Positions 9,068 to 17,585 of a stretch of 20,000 bases of DNA are shown piece by piece; within the stretch, counting starts at the first letter, position 1, and each line of letters opens with the position of its first letter. A program made the position numbers and the translations under genes. The notes under the pieces were generated by a model. The model ran no database searches and was not told where the DNA came from. It saw nothing but the letters and a program-made list of their open reading frames with translations. Location of the stretch: the IMG/VR virus record IMGVR_UViG_3300024346_006382; one strand, given 5' to 3'. The DNA comes from an uncultured virus (IMG/VR IMGVR_UViG_3300024346_006382) (Duplodnaviria; Heunggongvirae; Uroviricota; Caudoviricetes).

Positions 9068-12000
9068 TTAGTTACTCGCAGTTTGTAATGATAGAGCGGT
9101 CACTGATTGCCCACTAGTCAGCTTAATTCGTATGTATATCTCATTTGTACTAGTGCTAGAACTACTTACTGTACCAAATGTTGCTGTTACTGATTTGTTT
9201 GTTTGTATACTATTCAACGGTGCTACACCTCCTAATGCACAACCATCTGATCCGTTACCCGGCGCATTCACACCCGGTATACCTGCTCCGGCATATGCTG
9301 TACTCATACTCAACCATCCATTTGCACTACTAGTAGTGTCAATCACGCTACCCGGTAATGCTACCCATAAACCTGCAATATTTCCTGACCATTTAACATC
9401 AAGCTTAGATACAGATGTTCTTACAATCTTAAATGTAAAATATTGCGATCCAGTACGTCCTGCACTTAAGTTAGGGCCAGCTGGTAAATAACCTGTACTA
9501 TAATTTGTTTGGTCATGTTTTAATATATTAGCAACAACAGTACTATCATATGTTTGCAACGTACTTGACTGGCTATTAAATGCCGCGGCATTTGCAGTAT
9601 ATACCGGAGTATCTGCACTACCTGGATTAATAATCCTAAATGCTAAACCACTACCACTACCAATAGTTGAACCAACAAATACATTTGCTTCTTCAATCAC
9701 AGACGCGGAACTAACCGTTCCTGTTTTGTATAATACATTTGCTGCCAATGTTGACGTAAATGCTTGTGTATTAGAGTTATAACTATTATTTGATGACAAT
9801 GAAGGACCGGTACTACTTGCACCAAATCCAGATATAATAGTTGATGTAGTTGATATAGAAGCGTTACCTGAACTTACATATAAGTTTTGTGCTAATGGTG
9901 TTGTTACCCCAGCTGATGAATATGTTACACTACTAGGAGTACCAAATGCACCACCTGACGTGCCTGTTACAAAACTATCACTTGTTGGGTACATATTACC
10001 GCTTAATCTATTAACATTAGCTGTTAGTGTGAATATGTTTGTATTGCTATAATGTGGAACTGTGCTTGAATAGGTATAGCTAGGTGATCCAGGAGGAGAT
10101 ATTGTTAATGAACTGAATGCAGGAGTACCTGGATTGCTGGAGTCATAGAACCAAGAAGTTGTATTAGTATTACTTGTTGCGCTATCAGCAATGAATACTT
10201 CATTCCAACCTTCTGTTACTGTACCAGCGGTTCTTGATGAGAATACACTCCAAAAGCCTGCGGCAATATTTGCATTAGCAACACTATAATCATAGTTATT
10301 AAATATAACCAAATTACTATAAGTTCCATTACCATCAAGATTTGCAGTTAATGTCCTACTACCTGCATTACTACCATTTAAGAATGAAGTGATAGTACCT
10401 GTATCTCCCGGTCCTGCTATAGTAATATTACCAGTAGTATATGAGCTTGCTCTACGTACTGTTGTAACTGTTGTTCCACCTGCAACTGATTTATTAGCGC
10501 CAGGAGTATTATCAGTTTGTACATAGTTTGCCATTCGAAAGGTTGACAAAGTTTGAACACTGATTGATTGACCTGCTGGGAAGTTAGGGGGACTTGGTGG
10601 AACTAGTTTGCCTAGTACCACATTTAATTGAGCTATTGCATTAGACACAGATGATGAAGTTGTTAAAGTTACCGCGTTGCTTACTAAATTACCTTGAGTT
10701 GGACTACCCAATTCTATTGCAGTTGCACCGCCTGCTGTATTTGGTATTGTTACTAAACCAGTAGTACTAAATGTACCGGTAATATTTGCACCAGTACCTG
10801 TTATAGTTACTATATTTGCATTACCAACTGCTGAAATAGTAACATTGCCGTTTGCAGTAGCAATATTTACATTACTATTACCATTAGCAATTTGAGAAAG
10901 ATTTAATCCAACTACGTTTGCGGCAGCTATATTTGATAATCCACCACCGTCACCGTAATATAAACCATTTGCTAAACTAACGTTACCGTTAATATTTAAG
11001 TTACCGGTATCTTTATTAAATGTAAGATTTGCGCTACCACCAAAAGATCCATCATTATTAAATTGAAGTTGAGTATTGCCACCACCGGGTAGTTCAAAGT
11101 CCCAAGGAACACCATTAGCATGTAATAGATTATCAGTAAGTAAGTTACCTACGTTAGCGTTAGTAGTAACTGTAATATTATTACTTGTTATTAGTTCTGT
11201 TGCTGTTACATTATTAGCAGAAACATTACCAGTTACATTTAAACTTGTACCAGTAGCCGCACCAATGTTTGGAGTAGTAAATTGAGAATTAGCTTTAACA
11301 ACTACATTACCACCTGCAATTTCAGTTGTTAAATTATCAACGTTAACACTAAACTGTGTACCATTTAATGTTAATCCAGGACCAGCTGAGTATGTACCAG
11401 CACCACTAAATTGTACCCAAACAACTGGACTTGTTCCAACAATTGTAACTGGGTCAGTCATTACCCAACCGGTATCATTATACAATGTACCTTGTTGGAC
11501 GAATGTGAAGTCACCTCCTGCCATTTCAGTAGAAGTATCAAAGTCAATTGCACGAACAATAGTTGAAGCATTTGCCCAAGTATATATACCATTGTGTGCA
11601 GTGTTGGCTTCGTTCTTAACTAAGATACGTGTACCACTAGTTTGTACGTTGACTCCATCAATTAAATTAAATGATCCGGTTGTAACTAAATTAGCGCCTA
11701 CCCCACTAGCACCGTTGTTATAAGTAATAATACCACTAGTAACATTTGCTAATGTGTCTGGTGTTGCCGCTTGTGAGGGTGCATGTATATGTAAACCTTG
11801 TGCAACAGTGTCAACATATTCTTTAGTAGCCGCATCAGTAGCCGAAATAGGTTCTGCAAGAGAAGTAATTCTAAAATTACCAACGTCAACTTGCCCATTA
11901 CCACTTGGTCTTAATTCTACATAGTTATTACCTGGTGCGGCATATAATGTTAAATTACCTACATTAGAGGTTAATGAAACACCTTCAAATGATCCTGCAC

Positions 12001-14392
12001 TGATAATACCATTAGCTTGTACATAACCAACAATATTTGCACCTACTCCGGATACAGTTAGTGTAGCATTGCTAGCAACAGTAGTAGTAATATTACCATT
12101 TGGTGTCAACGTAATATTGCTATTACCATTAAAGATTTTTTCAGTAGTAACATTGTTTGCAGTTAACAAGTTACCTGCATTTGCGTTTAGTGAAGTTATA
12201 TTACCGCTAAAATTACCAATATTACCGTTAATTACTTGTGATACGTTTACATAATTAGCTACTGCTAGATTGCCCAAATCAGCATTTAATGATGTTAAGT
12301 TGCCACTGAAGTTAGCAATATTGCCGGTTAAAACATTGGCTATATTAACATAGTTAGCAGTAGCTAGATTCCCTAAATTAGCATTTAACGATGTTAAGTT
12401 GCCAATGAAGTTAGCTATATTACCAGATAGTACATTGGCTATATTAACGTAATTAGCTGTTGCTAAATTACCTAAATCAGCATTACCTGAGGTTAAGTTA
12501 GCCGTAATATTTGCTGTATTAGCATATACACCATTTGCTGTATTTAAATTACCACCTGTTATATTGCCGTTAGCAGTTATATTACCTGCAGTAATAATGT
12601 TACCTGTAACATTTGCATTAGCATTAACAAGTAAACCGTTACCAGAAATAGTAACAATATTACTTGTACCAGTTACATTAAAATCAATCTCTGAATTTGG
12701 TTGTATGACAATACTACTATTACCATTTACAATCGATGCAGTATTAGAAGCTCCTGTACCAATAACAGTAAATGTACCACCTGCTGGGTTAGCTAATGTA
12801 ATACCATTTGCATCAGATGAGATAGTAGAACCATTTAAATCAATAGTATTACCTGATACATACAAGTCTTTCCAACGTAGTGTTGGACTACCTAAATTGT
12901 ATGTTACATTTGCTCCAGGTAATATATCGCCCGCAACAGTTAATCCAGTTAGTGTACCGACACTGGTAATATTTGGTTGTGCATTTGTGGTTACTGTGCC
13001 TGCTGTGTTAGCAACATTAGAACTTAGTGCATATGTTGCGTTAGCTACTTCACCTGAAACATTAGCGCCTGCTACACTATTTGCAGTTGTAGCAAAATTT
13101 GCTAAATTAACTGTACCTACAATATTACTTGCATTAACACTAAATGCTTCCCCTGCAAAGTTTGCATAATTGGCATTTAAATTACCAGCTTCTCCTGCAA
13201 AAGTACCGTCACCACGTAAAACGTTAGAAACGTTACCATCTAAATTAATTGTAGCAATATTACCTATACCAACAACGTTGGCTACTGCTACACTGTTAGC
13301 TATATTTGCAAATGGAACTTCACCTGATACATTAGCGCCTGCTACTGCATTTGCAGTTGTAGCAAAAGCTACTTCTCCTGATACATTAGCGCCGGCTACA
13401 TTATTTGCAACATTAGCAAATGCTACTTCACCACTTACATTGGCACCTGCCACTGCGTTTGCTGTTGTAGCAAAAGCTACTGCTCCGGTTACATTAGCAC
13501 CGGCTAAACTAGTTAATCCGGCACCGTTTGCAGTAATATTTGTAACACTTAATGTATTACTTGTGTTATCAAATGTAAAGTTAGCACTAGCACTAAACGC
13601 ATTGTTTTCATTAAATTGAACTTGTGTATTACTACCGGCGGCATTTGTAGTAAAAACATAAGGATCGCCATTTGCGTATAACAAATGATCCGTTTTTACA
13701 TTGCCGGCTGTAATATTACCAGTCACATCTAAGCTAATTAATGTACCAACACTTGTAATATTTGGTTGAGCATTTGCAGTAACTGTTCCTGCAGTATTAG
13801 CACTTGTGGCATTTCCACTAAAATTACCTACAAAGTTTGTAGCAGTTATGTTTCCTGTTACATCCAAACCAGTGCTACTAATTGTTATAACATTAGCAAC
13901 ACCATTAACTCCTGCAGTGATATTCCCGTTAAGTGTAGCAATATTAACATTACTTGAACCATTACTGATAGCAGAACCTGATCCAGGGGGTGACCACTGT
14001 AATACACCATTTCCGTCTGTTGTCAGTAAATATCCAGTAGTACCACCAGTGATAATGACATTACCCACAGGTCCCAGATTACTTAAACCAGTTACATTAA
14101 TATTTGTAACAGTAAGTAAATTAGTTAGATTGTCAAATGTTAGATTTGCACTACCATCAAATTGACCATTACTATTATATTGTATGCTATTGTTAGGACC
14201 ATATGGATTTCCACCTGCATTAAAAGGGCGGCCATTAGCATAATAATAGTTGGCAGCATATATATTGGCTACGGATACATTACCAGTAGTGTTTAATATG
14301 TTGGTAACAACATTACCGTTGGCGTCAACTACAGGTACAGGTGGAATACCTACTGAATATCCACCTAACGAATTGAAATCTTCTGCTGCCAT
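9068..14392 (-). CDS. Giant repetitive virion fibre/appendage-like protein (~1774 aa)
   Basis: The ATG at 14392 (after a CAGGGA SD-like sequence) is preferred over the TTG at 14395. N-terminus MAAEDFNSLGGYSVG. Contains QPNITSVGTL repeats, GxNxQxQFN motifs, an ILPxxxxTYNLGSPTLRWKDL motif, the DAATKEYVD...RILVKNE domain and a ~500-aa S/T-rich non-repetitive C-terminal region. Confidence 0.85.
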   Translation of the reverse strand: MAAEDFNSLGGYSVGIPPVPVVDANGNVVTNILNTTGNVSVANIYAANYYYANGRPFNAGGNPYGPNNSIQYNSNGQFDGSANLTFDNLTNLLTVTNINVTGLSNLGPVGNVIITGGTTGYLLTTDGNGVLQWSPPGSGSAISNGSSNVNIATLNGNITAGVNGVANVITISSTGLDVTGNITATNFVGNFSGNATSANTAGTVTANAQPNITSVGTLISLDVTGNITAGNVKTDHLLYANGDPYVFTTNAAGSNTQVQFNENNAFSASANFTFDNTSNTLSVTNITANGAGLTSLAGANVTGAVAFATTANAVAGANVSGEVAFANVANNVAGANVSGEVAFATTANAVAGANVSGEVPFANIANSVAVANVVGIGNIATINLDGNVSNVLRGDGTFAGEAGNLNANYANFAGEAFSVNASNIVGTVNLANFATTANSVAGANVSGEVANATYALSSNVANTAGTVTTNAQPNITSVGTLTGLTVAGDILPGANVTYNLGSPTLRWKDLYVSGNTIDLNGSTISSDANGITLANPAGGTFTVIGTGASNTASIVNGNSSIVIQPNSEIDFNVTGTSNIVTISGNGLLVNANANVTGNIITAGNITANGNITGGNLNTANGVYANTANITANLTSGNADLGNLATANYVNIANVLSGNIANFIGNLTSLNANLGNLATANYVNIANVLTGNIANFSGNLTSLNADLGNLAVANYVNVSQVINGNIGNFSGNITSLNANAGNLLTANNVTTEKIFNGNSNITLTPNGNITTTVASNATLTVSGVGANIVGYVQANGIISAGSFEGVSLTSNVGNLTLYAAPGNNYVELRPSGNGQVDVGNFRITSLAEPISATDAATKEYVDTVAQGLHIHAPSQAATPDTLANVTSGIITYNNGASGVGANLVTTGSFNLIDGVNVQTSGTRILVKNEANTAHNGIYTWANASTIVRAIDFDTSTEMAGGDFTFVQQGTLYNDTGWVMTDPVTIVGTSPVVWVQFSGAGTYSAGPGLTLNGTQFSVNVDNLTTEIAGGNVVVKANSQFTTPNIGAATGTSLNVTGNVSANNVTATELITSNNITVTTNANVGNLLTDNLLHANGVPWDFELPGGGNTQLQFNNDGSFGGSANLTFNKDTGNLNINGNVSLANGLYYGDGGGLSNIAAANVVGLNLSQIANGNSNVNIATANGNVTISAVGNANIVTITGTGANITGTFSTTGLVTIPNTAGGATAIELGSPTQGNLVSNAVTLTTSSSVSNAIAQLNVVLGKLVPPSPPNFPAGQSISVQTLSTFRMANYVQTDNTPGANKSVAGGTTVTTVRRASSYTTGNITIAGPGDTGTITSFLNGSNAGSRTLTANLDGNGTYSNLVIFNNYDYSVANANIAAGFWSVFSSRTAGTVTEGWNEVFIADSATSNTNTTSWFYDSSNPGTPAFSSLTISPPGSPSYTYSSTVPHYSNTNIFTLTANVNRLSGNMYPTSDSFVTGTSGGAFGTPSSVTYSSAGVTTPLAQNLYVSSGNASISTTSTIISGFGASSTGPSLSSNNSYNSNTQAFTSTLAANVLYKTGTVSSASVIEEANVFVGSTIGSGSGLAFRIINPGSADTPVYTANAAAFNSQSSTLQTYDSTVVANILKHDQTNYSTGYLPAGPNLSAGRTGSQYFTFKIVRTSVSKLDVKWSGNIAGLWVALPGSVIDTTSSANGWLSMSTAYAGAGIPGVNAPGNGSDGCALGGVAPLNSIQTNKSVTATFGTVSSSSTSTNEIYIRIKLTSGQSVTALSLQTASN
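13285..13503 (-). repeat. Four tandem 54-bp (18-aa) units GANV(S/T)G(E/A)V(A/P)FAxxANxVA
   Basis: Visible in the translation; tgatacattagcgcc recurs at 13325 and 13379 (period 54). Confidence 0.85.
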
Positions 14393-14419
14393 CAAGTATC
14401 CCTGAATAATTATTATATG

Positions 14420-14427
14420 TATTTATC
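14420..14427 (-). promoter_or_regulatory. T4-late-type promoter box GATAAATA for the fibre-gene operon
   Basis: Minus strand GAGATAAATACATATAAT..., about 28 nt upstream of the ATG at 14392. Confidence 0.65.
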
Positions 14428-14477
14428 TCTACACTTTTATCTTGCCTCCCAGAAAAAAACACCCAATAAATCTTTTT

Positions 14478-14485
14478 TCTAAATA
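14478..14485 (+). promoter_or_regulatory. T4-late-type promoter box TCTAAATA, divergent from the 14420 box
   Basis: TCTAAATA-CAAT-ATG directly precedes the plus-strand gene; no SD sequence is visible. Confidence 0.55.
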
Positions 14486-14489
14486 CAAT

Positions 14490-14855
14490 ATGCTTACTAG
14501 ACAGCCGGCAAGACCCTTATGTGAACATTGTAAAATGACATTAGCAAAAGCTAATGGTAAAAGTAAACACGGTTTTACTAAATGGCACAAGTATTGTGTT
14601 GAATGCAGTAAAGCCGCATATAATCCAAAACATGGTTATTTGCTACATAAAAAAAACAAATGCGAGAAGTGTGGATTTATACCAGAAGATAAATGTCAAC
14701 TAGATGTTGTTTATAAAGATGATAACAAGAAGAATAAAGAAAAATCTAATATAAAAACATTATGTGCTAACTGCAATAGAGTATATCAAAAGAAACTAAA
14801 AGAAAAACGTAAGAGCATATTGGATATTACAGTTGACACCGATTATACTCTTTAG
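14490..14855 (+). CDS. Small Cys-rich Zn-binding protein with a degenerate HNH-like fold (121 aa)
   Basis: Four CxxC pairs (CEHC, CVEC, CEKC, CANC) and QLDVVYKDDNKKN...NIKTLCANCNR, matching the HNH pattern apart from the His positions. The ATG at 14490 is preferred over the TTG at 14442. This is the only plus-strand ORF occupying its own intergenic space. Confidence 0.8.
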   Translation: MLTRQPARPLCEHCKMTLAKANGKSKHGFTKWHKYCVECSKAAYNPKHGYLLHKKNKCEKCGFIPEDKCQLDVVYKDDNKKNKEKSNIKTLCANCNRVYQKKLKEKRKSILDITVDTDYTL

Positions 14856-14860
14856 CCAAT

Positions 14861-14885
14861 AAAAAAGCACTACTAGTAGTGCTTG
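14861..14885. terminator. Intrinsic terminator between convergent genes (perfect 20-bp palindrome AAGCACTACTAGTAGTGCTT)
   Basis: Hairpin followed by a T6 tract on the minus strand and a T-rich tract on the plus strand, so possibly bidirectional. Confidence 0.85.
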
Positions 14886-14889
14886 TTTA

Positions 14890-15573
14890 TTATTTTGTTC
14901 TTTTTATTTTCTTTTTAGCAGTTGACGTTTCTATCTCTTTTGGTGCTTCTGCTGGTACTTCTGCTGTAGATTTTGATTGATTACTACCAAGCTGTAACAT
15001 AATATCTTTCTGCTCTAATAACACAGTACCTTGTGGTACAAGACCAATCATCTGTAGTGATTCCAATGTCTGTGGATTACTCATAGCATTTAACAACTTA
15101 GCTGGACTAGGTCTACCCATTGCAATAATTTCAGATTGTATCTCACGACCAACTGTTACTGTAAATTCATAGTTAGCATTAGCTTCAAACATTTCATCAT
15201 CAGTGTAAGGTGTACCATCTTCGTGTCTCAGTCTAGTTGGTTCAACTTCAGCGTAGAGTTCAGCCATATATTTTTCTAATATCTTAATCTCTTTACGATT
15301 GAGTTCAAAAGCATGACGTTGGTCATCTAAGTGTGATTCCAACTCAATGATTTCTGCTTGTAGGTTGAGGATAATATGTGGTAATGCTGGAACTGTTTTT
15401 AGATGTTTTAGTTCTTCAAGTTTAGCTTGATATTTTAGTTCTGCTACTTCTTCTAGTACAGCCGCTCGTTTGCGACCTACATAGAATCCTTGAAGTGTTT
15501 TGATTTTTTCCCAGGGTGTTGAACCGATAACCTGGTAACGATAGTTAAATTCTGAATTTAGATTGGAAGCCAT
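14890..15573 (-). CDS. Hypothetical alpha-helical/coiled-coil protein (227 aa)
   Basis: Clean ORF with its own TAAATA box and a downstream terminator. E/K/L-rich heptad-like region at about aa 35-110 and a low-complexity charged tail. No family recognised. Confidence 0.8.
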   Translation of the reverse strand: MASNLNSEFNYRYQVIGSTPWEKIKTLQGFYVGRKRAAVLEEVAELKYQAKLEELKHLKTVPALPHIILNLQAEIIELESHLDDQRHAFELNRKEIKILEKYMAELYAEVEPTRLRHEDGTPYTDDEMFEANANYEFTVTVGREIQSEIIAMGRPSPAKLLNAMSNPQTLESLQMIGLVPQGTVLLEQKDIMLQLGSNQSKSTAEVPAEAPKEIETSTAKKKIKRTK

Positions 15574-15581
15574 TTGTTTCT

Positions 15582-15611
15582 CTCTATAGGTTGTTTATAG
15601 AGTTATTTAAT
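15582..15611 (-). promoter_or_regulatory. Late-type box ATTAAATA followed by a 7-bp hairpin overlapping the putative RBS
   Basis: Minus strand ATTAAATA-A-CTCTATA-AACAACC-TATAGAG-AGAAACAA-ATG. Confidence 0.55.
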
Positions 15612-15640
15612 GGCTTTACAATATGCGTAAAAAATTATAT

Positions 15641-16558
15641 TTACCCGTAACTTGCGGCTGCCAAGAATGCTCTAGAAGTTCCGACTCCGGATGTATTACT
15701 AGCGACTACACCTGTATTTGATACTAGATTTGTAGTATAGGCTGATCCATAACTAATTACAGCTTTATCAGTGCCATAAACTGCCGCGGCATGATTAAAC
15801 TTAGCGGTAGCGACAGTTGCAGTGTCTGTAGCAAATACTCCGGTATTACTTACTAGGTTAATTATAGATACGGGTGCAGAAGAAGTAATTCCAAAAGCAA
15901 ACATAGCTTTATCATTACCATAACCTGTGGCTGCTAATTGACCTCTACCTGTTCCTGTACCGGTTGTATCACTAGATACTGCTCCTGTATTTGATACTCG
16001 GTTAAGTATAATAGTGTCAAGGGAGAGTCCAAATCCAATAATAGCTTTATCTGTTCCATAAGTAGCGGCACATGGACCGGATCTAGCAGTACCAGTACCC
16101 GATGATTCAGAAACAACTACTCCGGTATTTGATACTAGGTTGGTTATGTTCACAACATAGGGATATTCTCCTATCAATCCAAACGCAAATATAGCCTTAT
16201 CAGTGCCATAACCTGCGGCAGCTACTCTATATCTACCAGTACCTACACCCGCAGTGTCATTTGCAACTACACCGGTATTTGATACTTTGTTGGTTACTGC
16301 TGTTATGCCACTAAATCCACCATTAGTAGTACCGTATCCAAAGATAGCTTTATCACCACCGTACCCTGCGCCTCCAAGCTCTTGTCTTGCACTTCCAACA
16401 CCAGCTGTATCATTAGCAACTATTCCTAGATTTGATACTAAATTAGTAATTGACGATGGACCATTTCCATATCCAAATATAGCCTTATTACCACTTCCTA
16501 TAGGATCAGGTATTAGTGTCATCCCACCTGTAAATGTCATTCCACCTGTAAATTCCAT
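15641..16558 (-). CDS. Six-repeat Kelch-like beta-propeller protein, paralog 2 (305 aa)
   Basis: Six ~45-52-aa repeats KAIFGYG-x(4-12)-TNLVSNTGVV...GxRxxxAAAxYG, with an AAGGA SD. The Kelch-like propeller assignment is inferred from the repeat pattern. Confidence 0.75.
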   Translation of the reverse strand: MEFTGGMTFTGGMTLIPDPIGSGNKAIFGYGNGPSSITNLVSNLGIVANDTAGVGSARQELGGAGYGGDKAIFGYGTTNGGFSGITAVTNKVSNTGVVANDTAGVGTGRYRVAAAGYGTDKAIFAFGLIGEYPYVVNITNLVSNTGVVVSESSGTGTARSGPCAATYGTDKAIIGFGLSLDTIILNRVSNTGAVSSDTTGTGTGRGQLAATGYGNDKAMFAFGITSSAPVSIINLVSNTGVFATDTATVATAKFNHAAAVYGTDKAVISYGSAYTTNLVSNTGVVASNTSGVGTSRAFLAAASYG

Positions 16559-16593
16559 AATATTTTGTCCTTAAAATAAATCTATATAGCCTT

Positions 16594-17541
16594 TTAATAA
16601 CCGGCGCCTGCTAATTGAGTTCTAATAGTACCAACACCACTAGTATCACTAGCAACAACACCTGTGTTTGATACTAGATTAATTATTATATCATACAGAA
16701 GCCCAAATGCAAACATTGCTTTATCACTGCCGTACCCAACAGCCGCAAGGTCATTTCTTGCAGTACCAACACCGGTCGTATCACTAGCTACTACCCCTGT
16801 GTTTGATACTAAATTAGTTATACTTGAGTAGTTACCGGGGACGTCCCCATATCCAAATATAGCTTTATCAGTTCCATATCCGACGGCTGCTAGGCGTCGT
16901 CTACCTGTACCTACACCCGTAACGTCATTTCCTACAACACCTGTATTACTTACTAAGTTAGTCATTGATACATAAACTGCATTGTCATCCCATCCATAAC
17001 CAAATATGGCTTTATCAGTTCCATAGCCCGCTGCCGCTAAGTCACTTCTTAGTGAACCAACTCCTGCAACATCATTTCCAACAACACCGGTGTTAGTTAC
17101 TAAGTTAGTTACTGATGTCCAAAAACCTTCAGCGGGAGATACAGATCCATAACCAAAAATAGCTTTATCAGTTCCATAACTGGCAGCCGCAAGATGATTC
17201 CTAACAGTACCAACTCCGGTTGTATCACTAGCAACAACACCGGTACTACTTACTAAGTTAGTCATCGATACAAATGTATCACTTGTATCCCGACCATATC
17301 CAAATATAGCTTTATTACCACCGTAATTTGCGGCAGCTAATGAATATCTAGCAGTACCTACTCCTGTCGTGTCATTAGCCATTACACCGGTATTACTTAC
17401 TAGATTAGTAATTGATACGCTACTACTAGCAGAGCTACTAGTAGCTCCATATCCAAATATAGCCTTTGTGGCACCACCTCCACCACTTGGTTCAGCAAAC
17501 GTCATACCACCCGTAAATGTCATTCCGCCAGTTAATTCCAT
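16594..17541 (-). CDS. Six-repeat Kelch-like beta-propeller protein, paralog 1 (315 aa)
   Basis: Six repeats of the same framework as the neighbouring gene; both share the N-terminal ME(L/F)TGGMTFTGGMT. Confidence 0.75.
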   Translation of the reverse strand: MELTGGMTFTGGMTFAEPSGGGGATKAIFGYGATSSSASSSVSITNLVSNTGVMANDTTGVGTARYSLAAANYGGNKAIFGYGRDTSDTFVSMTNLVSSTGVVASDTTGVGTVRNHLAAASYGTDKAIFGYGSVSPAEGFWTSVTNLVTNTGVVGNDVAGVGSLRSDLAAAGYGTDKAIFGYGWDDNAVYVSMTNLVSNTGVVGNDVTGVGTGRRRLAAVGYGTDKAIFGYGDVPGNYSSITNLVSNTGVVASDTTGVGTARNDLAAVGYGSDKAMFAFGLLYDIIINLVSNTGVVASDTSGVGTIRTQLAGAGY

Positions 17542-17560
17542 AGTATGTTACCCTTTATGT

Positions 17561-17568
17561 TATTTATC
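17561..17568 (-). promoter_or_regulatory. T4-late-type promoter box GATAAATA for the propeller genes
   Basis: TTGATAAATAACATAAAGGGTAACATACTATG, located just downstream of a terminator. Confidence 0.65.
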
Positions 17569-17585
17569 AAGGTAGCATAGATACC

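Noticed and set aside
13..14165. Many plus-strand ORFs rich in L/P/V/A/T
   Set aside because: Antisense shadows of the repetitive G/N/T/A-rich minus-strand genes (e.g. GGTAAC reads as LP on the other strand). They mirror the same repeats and lack evident expression signals.
1..14392. Eukaryotic giant-virus origin or bacterial adhesin/autotransporter identity for the giant ORFs
   Set aside because: No signal peptide or beta-barrel is evident. The linked gp23/gp22 genes, SD sequences, T4-type late boxes and intrinsic terminators indicate a bacteriophage.
14451..14480. Inverted repeat AGAAAAAA...TTTTTTCT between the divergent promoters
   Set aside because: Homopolymer-based and likely by chance in AT-rich DNA.
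15641..17541. CRISPR-like appearance (conserved DNA blocks separated by variable segments)
   Set aside because: The repeats are degenerate at third codon positions, lie in open frames and have a ~150-bp period. They are protein repeats, and no cas genes are present.
4437..17541. Diversity-generating retroelement template/variable repeat pair
   Set aside because: No reverse transcriptase in the window and no repeat pair differing only at adenines was seen. The propeller loops vary in length, which DGR mutagenesis does not typically produce.
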